The position numbers were made by a program, and so were the translations under genes. From assembly GCA_046757685.1 (NCBI GenBank), contig JBHHYV010000006.1:283-64282 (forward strand): a DNA stretch of 64,000 nt, written 5' to 3'. Shown one piece after another: positions 23,849-32,132 of this stretch (position 1 is the first letter of the stretch; every line of letters begins with the position of its first letter). The stretch comes from Myxococcota bacterium (GTDB lineage: Bacteria; Myxococcota_A; UBA9160; SZUA-336). The notes under the pieces were generated by a model that saw nothing but the letters and a program-made list of their open reading frames with translations, made no database searches and was not told where the DNA came from.

Positions 23849-26143
23849 ATGGCGTCGAAACTTGCGGGCACGATCGGGTGGGTCGTCGTCGGGCTGTGGG
23901 TGCTGCCTTCCGCGGCGATGGGCGATGGGGATTCGTCGCTTCGCTGGTCTGCGACCAGCGAGATGCGGTTCACCGACATCCGTGCGCCCTCCGACGAGGA
24001 CTTCCGCACCGGCTTCCTGGACAAGTACCAGTTCAGCGCGGACAAGAACAACCAGTTCCCGTTCGAGATCGCGCTCAGCCGCGCGGCCCTCGACTGGTTC
24101 GGGGCCGCCGAGACCCCGCGCATCCAGTTCCGCTTTCGGAGCCCCTCCTCGGACCTCTCGGTCTCGGGCGACGGCCCCTCGACGGGGGAGTTCTTCCTGA
24201 GCCAGCGCGGCGACCTCTTTGCGCGTTTTCCGGGCCTGGCGGCGGACTTGGTGTACCGGCGCAGCCGCATCGACGAGCTGCGCCTCTTCACGAATCCTAC
24301 GGGTCTGGGGAGCGCCCCCTTCACGCTCTTCAATGACGGCACGAGTGGTCGGCGCCGCTTCTTCGTCCGCCGCGAGCAGGTGGGAGGTGCGATCCACCTG
24401 AGACCCTGCGACCTGCTCTGCGACCAGCCGAAGGGCTGGCTCTCCGAGCTGAACCTGAGGGGCTCCTGGGAGGATCGATCGGGTCGGCGACAGCTGCGCT
24501 TCATGCTCGGCGGCGGCGACCTCATCGGAGGGGGCGCCCAGACCAGTCGCTGGCGCGCGGTCGAGCAGGATCTGGACCAGCAGTCCGTGAAGCTCGGCAG
24601 CAGCCTGGTGTTCTCTCCGGGCGGCCTGTTCACCCTGGAGCTCGCCTTCGATCACGAGCGCTTCCGCAACCGCTCCGGTCCCTTCCTGCAGAGTCAGCTC
24701 ACGGCCATGGACTCCAATATCGACTCGGCGTCGGGCGTCCTGGGACTTGGCGCGGGAACCGCGGGCCTGCAGACGCTGGGCTTCATTCCCGAGACGAGCC
24801 GGAGCACCGGTACGGCGCGTTTCCAGACCCGCCTCTGGGACCGCCGCATCGCGATCCACGGAGGGTTCCAGCTCAGCAAGCTCAAGCAGATCGGTAAGCT
24901 CTCGCCCCTCCAGAACCTGGCCGGGCTCGATCGCAACAACATCTTCTTCTACTCCGGGAATCTCGCCGCCAGAGGCCGGATCACCGAGATCGCCTCGGTC
25001 AACGCGTTCGTTCGCTTCGACAATCGCCGCAACCGGATCGACCGCTCGACGGTGCTCTTCAACTCGAGGGATACGAACTTCAACACCCAGTTCGACCCCT
25101 TCGTGGCAGGGCTGCGGAACATCGATACCGGCGCCGAGATCGTCCTCAGGCCGGTCCGGGCCTTCCGCTTCACCGTTGGAAGCCGCGCCCACTTCACGAA
25201 TCGCGCCCTCGACTTCCTGGACAAGCCCCTGTCGAGTGAGGGCATCCTGCCCTCGGTGACCGTCATCGACGACGACACCGTGACGTACACGGTCTACGTC
25301 AAGTCGAATGCGCGACCGATCTCGGGTCTCAATCTCTCGAGCGAGCTGGGGCTGCGCGAATCGCCGAAGACGGGCTACATCCGCGAGCTCGACGACGTGC
25401 GCTACGGGAAGGGACGCGCCTCCTACGCGCTTCCACTGTCCCGTCCCGTGACTCTCAGCGCCTTCGCCAACGGAGAGCGGGGCGAGAACAACGACTTCAA
25501 GATGCTGGGCGAGACCGCGGGGACCAGAGATCGAGGCTTCGACCAGGTGCGCTACTCCTACGGGGTCACGCTCACCGGCTCGCCGACCGATGAGCTCTCG
25601 CTCTTCGGGAGCTTCTTCCAGTCTCGCGATGCCCAGGACTTCAATCTCGTCCGGGCCACGATTCCACGCATGGATGGAAGGGACCCGACCGTCCTGGACC
25701 TCGACTTCTTCATCGATGCGCCCCTCGAGTTCCGGACGGACCAGACCAACCTGGTCATCGGCGGGAACGCCCAGCTGACTCGCCAGGCCAGTGCCAACGT
25801 CTACTACTCGTTCACCCGCTCCAAGTCGCGCTTCGACTCGATCAATACGACGTCAGCGACCATCGCGAATGCCAGCCGGATTCGCAGCGATATCCAGAGC
25901 ATCGGGACGGGGCTCAGCTTCCACCTCCGGGACGGTGCGGATCTGTCGCTCGGCTATCGCTACGACGCCTACCACGACCGTGCCGGGGTCAACGGGTCGG
26001 CCGGCTCTGCGACCCCCTTCCGGCTCTCGACCGGACGCCACTTCGTTACGCTGGGCGTGACGCTGACGGACGAGTTCTTCGGAGGCAAACCACCGCCGGC
26101 GGGCACTGCGAGAGCCGGGGGTCGCCGTCTCGCGCTGCGCTGA
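23849..26143 (+). CDS. putative MtrB/PioB-like outer-membrane beta-barrel
   Basis: The ATG is 5 nt after the decahaem stop. Signal peptide ...VLPSAAMG, 764 aa, no Cys, rich in Gly/Asp/Arg/aromatic alternating segments. Size and position match decahaem-associated barrels. Family not verified. Confidence 0.6.
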   Translation: MASKLAGTIGWVVVGLWVLPSAAMGDGDSSLRWSATSEMRFTDIRAPSDEDFRTGFLDKYQFSADKNNQFPFEIALSRAALDWFGAAETPRIQFRFRSPSSDLSVSGDGPSTGEFFLSQRGDLFARFPGLAADLVYRRSRIDELRLFTNPTGLGSAPFTLFNDGTSGRRRFFVRREQVGGAIHLRPCDLLCDQPKGWLSELNLRGSWEDRSGRRQLRFMLGGGDLIGGGAQTSRWRAVEQDLDQQSVKLGSSLVFSPGGLFTLELAFDHERFRNRSGPFLQSQLTAMDSNIDSASGVLGLGAGTAGLQTLGFIPETSRSTGTARFQTRLWDRRIAIHGGFQLSKLKQIGKLSPLQNLAGLDRNNIFFYSGNLAARGRITEIASVNAFVRFDNRRNRIDRSTVLFNSRDTNFNTQFDPFVAGLRNIDTGAEIVLRPVRAFRFTVGSRAHFTNRALDFLDKPLSSEGILPSVTVIDDDTVTYTVYVKSNARPISGLNLSSELGLRESPKTGYIRELDDVRYGKGRASYALPLSRPVTLSAFANGERGENNDFKMLGETAGTRDRGFDQVRYSYGVTLTGSPTDELSLFGSFFQSRDAQDFNLVRATIPRMDGRDPTVLDLDFFIDAPLEFRTDQTNLVIGGNAQLTRQASANVYYSFTRSKSRFDSINTTSATIANASRIRSDIQSIGTGLSFHLRDGADLSLGYRYDAYHDRAGVNGSAGSATPFRLSTGRHFVTLGVTLTDEFFGGKPPPAGTARAGGRRLALR

Positions 26144-26268
26144 GCCCCTCGAGTCCCGATTCCTGCTCGTGGAGCGCGGTCTTGCGGGGCTGACAGGAGC
26201 ATGCTGAATGGATCTCCAGGCTCGAAGCTCGCCTCGGGGGCTCGCTCTGCCGAGGGGAAGGAGGCCGG

Positions 26269-26928
26269 ATGAGGATGGGCGCGACGGCGATGGTGTGTGC
26301 TGCAGGTGTGGTCGCGATCCTCCTCGCGGGCCCTGCTCTTGCCGCGGAGGGGGCGCCGGCCAAGTTCGTGAGCGCGAAGAAGTGCGCGACGTGCCACAAG
26401 AAGAAGCTGATCGGGAACCAGTACGGGGCATGGCAGCGCTCGGCTCACGCTCGAGCCTTCGAGGACCTGTCGACCGATCGCGCGCGTGCAGTCGCAGCCA
26501 AGGTGGGAGTGAAGGGCGACCCGGCCCAGGCGCCCCAGTGCCTGGAGTGCCACGTGACGGGCTACGGGGCGGGGCCGGAGGCCTTCCTCAAGGGGGCTCT
26601 GGTTCTCGCCGAAGGCGTCGGCTGCGAGAGCTGTCACGGCGCGGGCCAGAACTTTCGCAAGAAGTCGATCATGTCGGACCTGGAGCTGGCCAAGTCGAAG
26701 GGCCTGCGGATTCCCGAGGACGCGGATTGCCGGGTCTGCCACAACGAGAAGAGCCCGACCTGGGATGAGAACCGCTACGTCCTGGCCTCGGGAAAGCACG
26801 TAGGCTTTGACTTCGATCTCGCCCGCAAGAAGATCGCCCACAAGATTCCGGAAGACGTCAAGGGTCACTACGTCGAGATCGAGAAGAAGCTGAGGAAAGA
26901 GAAGAAGCTGAGGGAGAAGGGCCGGTAG
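26269..26928 (+). CDS. secreted tetrahaem cytochrome, c554-like family (paralogue of 16373..17050)
   Basis: GGAAGGAGG ribosome-binding site and a signal peptide. Four CXXCH motifs (CATCH, CLECH, CESCH, CRVCH). Collinear with 16373..17050, including ...GFDF(E/D)LA(K/R)KKI.H.IP..VKGHY(I/V)E(L/I)EKK and a Lys/Glu tail. Confidence 0.85.
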   Translation: MRMGATAMVCAAGVVAILLAGPALAAEGAPAKFVSAKKCATCHKKKLIGNQYGAWQRSAHARAFEDLSTDRARAVAAKVGVKGDPAQAPQCLECHVTGYGAGPEAFLKGALVLAEGVGCESCHGAGQNFRKKSIMSDLELAKSKGLRIPEDADCRVCHNEKSPTWDENRYVLASGKHVGFDFDLARKKIAHKIPEDVKGHYVEIEKKLRKEKKLREKGR

Positions 26929-27359
26929 TCCGGGGAGCTGAGGGTGAGATCCTGCGCCTGGCCTCGGAGCCCTGCGAGCCTCTCCCGGGCGACTGCCGCA
27001 GCCTCGTCGATCCGTTCGACGTCGTAGGTGTGCGCGACGAAGACCTCGCGCAACCGGATCTCGCGGGGAACCGGCTTTGCGATCGCATGCCGTTCACTCA
27101 TGTGGCAGGTCGTGCAGACGGCGACCCTCCTTCCAGAGGCCCGCTTTCCGCCCATCACACTCAGGCTGTACGCGTCGAGAATCTCCTCGTGACAGACCCC
27201 ACAGAACCGGGGCGTGACGAAGGGATCCGCCTTCTCGAATGCCTCGGGAGGCAGGTAGAGCAGGGGAGCGAAGAAGAGGACGGCACTGAATACGCTCAGG
27301 AACCCGAGTGCAACCGCAACGTCCTCCAGAACGAAGTCGGGAAAGAAGCGCCGGGGCAG
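26868..27359 (-). pseudogene. cytochrome b C-terminal-like segment fused to a dihaem c domain, out of frame with the upstream cytochrome b fragment
   Basis: My translation of the frame shifted relative to 27296..27778 gives LPRRFFPDFVLEDVAVALGFLSVFSAVLFFAPLLYLPPEAFEKADPFVTPRFCGVCHEE...VAVCTTCHMSE. The FFPDF...ADPFVTP part resembles the cytochrome b/subunit IV helix E region and is followed by two CXXCH motifs. There is no ATG/GTG/TTG before 27158. Confidence 0.5.
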
Positions 27360-27778
27360 CCCGTGAAGCAGAGACCGAGCGTCGTGAAGAGCAGAAGGCA
27401 GCCCGTCAGCCAGTGGAGCTCCCGGGGCCGCTTGTACGATCTCATCGCGACCACGCTCAGCATGTGCAGGAGCAGGACGATCATCATGGCGTTGGCGCCG
27501 TGCACGTGAATCAGCCGGATGAGCCAGCCAAACGGGATCTCGTGCATGATCCGCTGGATGCTCTCGAACGCGTGCATCGAGTCGGGAACGTAGTAGATGA
27601 GCAGCAGAATCCCCGTCGCGATCTGCAGCGCGACAAAGACCAGGAGGACGAAGCCGAGCGAGTACCAGCGGTTCGTCGTCGCGGGAACCAGGTAGTCGAT
27701 CAGCTGGGTGCGAACCAGCCGGCGAAGCCCGGTTCGTTCATCCAACCAGTCGACGAGCCGGCTACGCCGGTCGGACAA
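27296..27778 (-). pseudogene. cytochrome b N-terminal fragment (helices A-C only)
   Basis: WYSLGFVLLVFVALQIATGILLLIYY, then helix B with the His-x13-His pair (LIHVHGANAMMIVLLLH), then ELHWLTGCLLLFTTLGLCFTG. After that, the expected YLLPWDQ and the helix D His pair are replaced by an unrelated 20-aa tail and a stop. Confidence 0.6.
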
Positions 27779-28259
27779 CGATCTTCCCCTGGCGGACAGC
27801 GACCGCGAAGCGCGGCAGGGGAGCTGGGGGAGGCCCGCCGAGGACTCGCCCGTCCGGGGCGAATCGACCGCCGTGGCAAGGGCAGAAGAAGATCCGCCGG
27901 CTCCGCTGCCACTTCACGACGCACCCGAGGTGGGTGCAGACTCCGGAGAGGGCATAGATCCGGTCGGTCGTTCGCATGACGAAGGCAGGGCGGCCGCCTA
28001 CGAGCACCCTCACGGCATCCCAGAGTCGGGCCTGGTCCGCCGGGATCTCGATCCGACCTCCGAGCTCTCCACCTCCGGTCGGGGTGAGATCACGCAGGGT
28101 CGGTAGGCACCCGACCGCAAGCCCCACGCCCGCTACGACACCGCCGTCTCGCGGGCGTCTCGCCGTGTCGGCAGCGCTGCGTACGGCCCTCGCAGGAGCG
28201 CCGTCGCGGTACCGAGTAGACTCGAAATCGAGGCCGGGATCAAGGGCCGCAGCTCGCAC
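27762..28259 (-). CDS. Rieske [2Fe-2S] protein
   Basis: CTHLGCVV...CPCHGGRF Rieske boxes (CxH...CxxH). Overlaps the start of the cytochrome b fragment by 17 nt. Confidence 0.85.
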   Translation of the reverse strand: MRAAALDPGLDFESTRYRDGAPARAVRSAADTARRPRDGGVVAGVGLAVGCLPTLRDLTPTGGGELGGRIEIPADQARLWDAVRVLVGGRPAFVMRTTDRIYALSGVCTHLGCVVKWQRSRRIFFCPCHGGRFAPDGRVLGGPPPAPLPRFAVAVRQGKIVVRPA

Positions 28260-28373
28260 TCTTCTAGGCTACCCTGGGCTCGCCGGTGCCCCGGAGGCCG
28301 GCGGACCCGGCCCGGCGCGTGCGGCGCCTCTGCGGCCCCATCTCCCCAACCCGCAACGATCGGAGGACGGAAC

Positions 28374-29570
28374 ATGGCTCGCGAAGCAGTCATCGTAGAG
28401 AGCGCCCGGACGGGGCTCACCAAGGCCCACCGAGGCTCGTTCAACATGACCGAGCCGGTGGCCTACACCGCGCACTGCTTGCGCGCGGTGGTCGACCGGG
28501 TCGCGGGCCTCGATCCGGCCGAGATCGAGGACGTGCTCGTAGGCTGCGGCATGCCCGAGGGCTGCCAGGGCATGAACACCGCGCGCATCTCTGCGCTGGT
28601 CGCGGGCTTTCCCAAGGAGGTCGCCGCGGCGACCGTCAACCGCTTCTGCTCGTCGGGCTCGCAGGCCGTCGCGATGGCCGCGCACGAGATCCTCCACGAA
28701 GGGGCCGAGGTGGCGATCGGCGCGGGTGTCGAGACGATCACCATGATGCAGGACGGAACGCAGAACACCCACCGTCTGGTGAATGCGGCGGCCCGCGAGC
28801 GCTTTCCCGGCCTCTACTACCCGATGGGGTTGACGGCCGAGATCGTCGCGGAGCGCTACTCGATCTCTCGCGAGGACCAGGACGCCTACGGGCTCGAGAG
28901 CCAGCAGCGCTACGCGGCCGCAGTCGAGAAGGGCTGGATCTCCGAGGAGATTGCGCCCATGAAGGTGACGCGACGGGTGCAGAAGAAGGGCGAGGAGCCC
29001 TACGAGGAAGAAGCCATCGTCGATCGCGACGAGTGCAATCGACCCGAGACCACGCTCGAGGGCCTCGCCAAGCTCAAGCCCGTGTTCAAGCCCGAGGAAG
29101 AGGGCGGGACCGTGACCGCCGGCAACGCCTCGCAGCTCTCGGACGGCGCCTCGGCGACGCTGCTCATGTCGGCCGAGCGCGCGGCGCAGCTCGGGGTCCA
29201 GCCGCTCGGGATCTACCGTGGGACCGCCGTCGCCGGAGTGGGCCCCGAAGAGATGGGAATCGGTCCCGTGGCGGCCGTCCCCAAGCTGCTCGAGCGCCAC
29301 GGTCTCACGATGGACGACATCGACCTCGTCGAGCTGAACGAGGCCTTCGCCTCGCAGACGCTCTACTGCCAGCGCCAGCTTCACATCCCGAACGAAAAGC
29401 TGAACCTGTGCGGCGGAGCGATCGCGATCGGTCATCCCTTCGGGATGACGGGCTCGCGTCTGACCGGCCTCCTGCTGCGTCAGCTGCAGCGCACGGGCGG
29501 ACGCTACGGAATCGTCACCATGTGCATCGGCGGTGGACAGGGGCTCGCGTCCCTCTTCGAGAGGGCCTGA
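28374..29570 (+). CDS. acetyl-CoA C-acyltransferase (thiolase)
   Basis: 398 aa with [11 protein letters not shown] (active-site Cys), the C-terminal [16 protein letters not shown] and MCIGGGQG thiolase signatures. Confidence 0.9.
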   Translation: MAREAVIVESARTGLTKAHRGSFNMTEPVAYTAHCLRAVVDRVAGLDPAEIEDVLVGCGMPEGCQGMNTARISALVAGFPKEVAAATVNRFCSSGSQAVAMAAHEILHEGAEVAIGAGVETITMMQDGTQNTHRLVNAAARERFPGLYYPMGLTAEIVAERYSISREDQDAYGLESQQRYAAAVEKGWISEEIAPMKVTRRVQKKGEEPYEEEAIVDRDECNRPETTLEGLAKLKPVFKPEEEGGTVTAGNASQLSDGASATLLMSAERAAQLGVQPLGIYRGTAVAGVGPEEMGIGPVAAVPKLLERHGLTMDDIDLVELNEAFASQTLYCQRQLHIPNEKLNLCGGAIAIGHPFGMTGSRLTGLLLRQLQRTGGRYGIVTMCIGGGQGLASLFERA

Positions 29571-29598
29571 GCGGGAGGGCGCGAGATCTCGGGCGCGT

Positions 29599-29624
29599 GT
29601 CGGGAGGGTCCGGGCCCTCCCGAC
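29599..29624. terminator. hairpin between convergent genes (putative bidirectional terminator)
   Basis: GTCGGGAGGG-tccggg-CCCTCCCGAC: a perfect 10-bp stem between the thiolase stop (29570) and the minus-strand stop at 29641. No U-tract. Confidence 0.45.
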
Positions 29625-29640
29625 GCTGCACCCAGAGCCG

Positions 29641-31335
29641 TCAGCCCGAGCGCGCCGGTGCCGGCGAGAGCCTGCGGATCAGCGCCCGGGCGTCCGACGC
29701 CGCTCGCTCGTCTCCCTGCTCGAGGGCCTGCCGCTCGGCCCGGCGGGCCTGGCGGAGGGCCTCCCGCCGCTGCCCGAGACCGGCCAGCACGGTGGCGAGC
29801 TGGGCCCGGGCATCTGCATCGCGAGGGTCGATCTCGAGCCCGGCCGACCACTCGCGAAGAGCCAGCGCGAGGCGGCCCTGGGTCTGGTAGGCCTGCGCGA
29901 GGGAGAAGCGCGCCTCGGAGTTCCGCGGCCGGAGCGCCGCGTAGCGCTCCAGGTGTCGCGTGGCCTCTGCGACCCGGCCCAGCGAGCTCAGGAGCAGAGC
30001 CATGTTGCGATGGACGTTCACATAGTCGGGCGCGAGCCGCGCCGCCTCCTTCCAGCGTCGGAGCGCCTCGTCGGCGTCCCCCGCGCGGAGGGCCTCGGCC
30101 CCGAGCGCGGACTGCGCCACGAAGTTGCCCCGGGTCGCCTCGAGGGCGTGCTCGAAGAGCGTCCGGCTGCTGCGCCAGACCGCGACCTGCGAGTGGGTGG
30201 CCCATCCACACCCCAGGAGCAGCGCGACCGAGACCAGGCCCGCGCCGATCCGCGTGCGCCGCCCGCGCGACGCCACCTCGCCGAGCCCGAAGGCGAAGGC
30301 GATCGCGAGCCCGATCGAGGGCACGTAGGTGTAGCGGTCGGCCATCCACTGCATCCCGACCTGGACGAGACCGAGCACCGGTACCAGGGTGCCCGCGAAC
30401 CAGAGCCAGCCCACCCCGAGCCAGGGACGGGCCCTGCGGGCGGCGATCGCTCCCAGGGTCGCAGCCGCGACCGCCGCCAGGCTCAGCGCGACGATTCCCG
30501 CGCTCCACGACCGGGGATGGGGATAGAAGACCGCCAGGTCGACGGGCCACGCGAGCTTGACCACGTAGCCGACCAGGGCCACTGCGGCCGTCTGCAGCCG
30601 CAGCGCGAGCGAGAAGGCCTCGATCCCCTGGATTGCCGATCCCGTCTCCTGGGCGACGAGCGTGAGGGCGATCGAGGCGAGGGCCAGGGCGAAGAGCGGC
30701 AGCTTCTCGACGATCAACCTCCGGACGGGAACCCTGCCGAGCCGCCGGAAGGGCCAGAGGTCGAGGAGCAGGAGCGTGAAGGGAAGGGTCACGAGCATCG
30801 GCTTGGCCAGCAGGCCCAGCGCCATGAGGAGCAGGGCGGCCGCGTAGGCCCCGCGGCTGCCGCGCCGGACGAAGCGGGTCCAGGCGGCGGTCGAGAGCAG
30901 CCAGAAGAGGGTGGACAGCACGTCCTTGCGCTCCGAGATCCAGGCGACGGACTCCACGTGCATGGGGTGCAGCGCAAAGAGGCCCGCCACCAGGGCGGGC
31001 CGCCAGAGCGCGCCCGTCCAGACGCGCAGCAGCCCGAAGAGGAGCAGCACGTTCGCCACGTGCAGCGCCAGGTTGACCCGGTGGGCGGGACCGGGCCTGA
31101 TCCCGAAGAGCTCCACGTCGAGCATGTGCGACAGCCAGGTGAGCGGATGCCAGTTGGCCGCGGCGAAGGTCCCGAATGCCCAGCGCACGCCCTCGGCCGA
31201 GAGCCCCGCCTGCACGATCGGGTTCTCGGTGACGTACTGGGGGTCGTCGTAGCGCACGAAACCCAGCTGTCCGACGTCGGCGTAGGCGAGCAGGGTCGCC
31301 GCAACCAGAGCTGCTGCGAGGGCCCCGCTGCGCAT
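29641..31335 (-). CDS. polytopic membrane protein with C-terminal TPR repeats (TMTC/PMT-like glycosyltransferase family candidate)
   Basis: N-terminus ...LLAYADVGQLGFVRYDDPQYVTENP...NWHPLTWLSHMLD, followed by about 10 TM helices and TPR-like repeats (AEALRAGDADEALRRWKEAARLAPDY...). Confidence 0.7.
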   Translation of the reverse strand: MRSGALAAALVAATLLAYADVGQLGFVRYDDPQYVTENPIVQAGLSAEGVRWAFGTFAAANWHPLTWLSHMLDVELFGIRPGPAHRVNLALHVANVLLLFGLLRVWTGALWRPALVAGLFALHPMHVESVAWISERKDVLSTLFWLLSTAAWTRFVRRGSRGAYAAALLLMALGLLAKPMLVTLPFTLLLLDLWPFRRLGRVPVRRLIVEKLPLFALALASIALTLVAQETGSAIQGIEAFSLALRLQTAAVALVGYVVKLAWPVDLAVFYPHPRSWSAGIVALSLAAVAAATLGAIAARRARPWLGVGWLWFAGTLVPVLGLVQVGMQWMADRYTYVPSIGLAIAFAFGLGEVASRGRRTRIGAGLVSVALLLGCGWATHSQVAVWRSSRTLFEHALEATRGNFVAQSALGAEALRAGDADEALRRWKEAARLAPDYVNVHRNMALLLSSLGRVAEATRHLERYAALRPRNSEARFSLAQAYQTQGRLALALREWSAGLEIDPRDADARAQLATVLAGLGQRREALRQARRAERQALEQGDERAASDARALIRRLSPAPARSG

Positions 31336-31412
31336 GGCGCTGCACTATAGGTCGCCGGCCCGCGTTCGTCGGCGCTTCGATTCGGGGATTCGGGTATGCT
31401 TGCGGGCGATCC

Positions 31413-32126
31413 GTGAGCGACACGACCCGAGCGAGCTATCGAATCCAGGGGCGCGAGGTGCGGCTGCCCGTCGAGGTGCGCGACGCCTCGACCGCCAGCG
31501 TGATCTACCCGGTGCCCGCCGCGGAGGCCCAGCGCTGGCTGCCGGACGCTGCGCTGCGCGTGGTCGCGGACCCGGACGGCGTGGCACAGCTGGTGCTCGC
31601 GCTGATCGACTATCGCGACAACGACCTCGGAGACTACGACGAGATCTCGCTGGTGCTCTTCGTGACGCCGCGCGGGGCCGGTCCCGAGCAGGCGGCGGCC
31701 TACATCCACCGGCTGCCCGTGAACCAGTCCTTCACCTGCGAGGCGGGTCGCACCATCTGGGGCTACCCGAAGAGCGTCGAGCGGATCGACTTCGACTACT
31801 TCGACGCGGCGATCCGCGGTCGGCTCGAGATGGACGGCCAGCACGTCTTCACCCTCACCGTCCCGCGCCGGGATCCTCCGCCGGAGGCCGAGCCGACGAC
31901 GCTCGAGGTCTCGACCTACAGCTACCTGGGCGGTGTGCCCCACCGCACCGCAGCCACGAACCGGGGCACCGCCGTCGTCTCTCCCGGCCCGGCGGGAGTC
32001 TCGCTCGAGCTGGGCTCGCATCCCCTCGCCGACGAGCTCCGAGGTCTGGGCCTGCCACGGGACCCGCTGCTCAGCACCTGGACGGCCTCGTGGAGCGGGA
32101 GCTTCGGCGCACCCGAGAAGGTCTGA
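31413..32126 (+). CDS. acetoacetate decarboxylase-like family protein (tentative)
   Basis: YIHRLPVNQSFTCEAGRTIWGYPK resembles the ADC-family core. Otherwise unrecognised. Confidence 0.45.
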   Translation: MSDTTRASYRIQGREVRLPVEVRDASTASVIYPVPAAEAQRWLPDAALRVVADPDGVAQLVLALIDYRDNDLGDYDEISLVLFVTPRGAGPEQAAAYIHRLPVNQSFTCEAGRTIWGYPKSVERIDFDYFDAAIRGRLEMDGQHVFTLTVPRRDPPPEAEPTTLEVSTYSYLGGVPHRTAATNRGTAVVSPGPAGVSLELGSHPLADELRGLGLPRDPLLSTWTASWSGSFGAPEKV

Positions 32127-32132
32127 GCGGGA

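Noticed and set aside
26170-26186. Sigma-54-like TGGAGCG-N5-TTGC upstream of the second c554-like gene.
   Set aside because: The GG-to-GC spacing is 13 nt instead of 12, and the -24 element is poor. I do not count it as a promoter.
26868-27158. Track ORF 26868..27158, considered as a stand-alone 96-aa monohaem cytochrome.
   Set aside because: It has no signal peptide. Its frame stays open and homologous (cytochrome b helix E-like, plus another CXXCH) for about 200 nt upstream of its first start codon. It is better explained as the out-of-frame 3' part of the disrupted cytochrome b gene.
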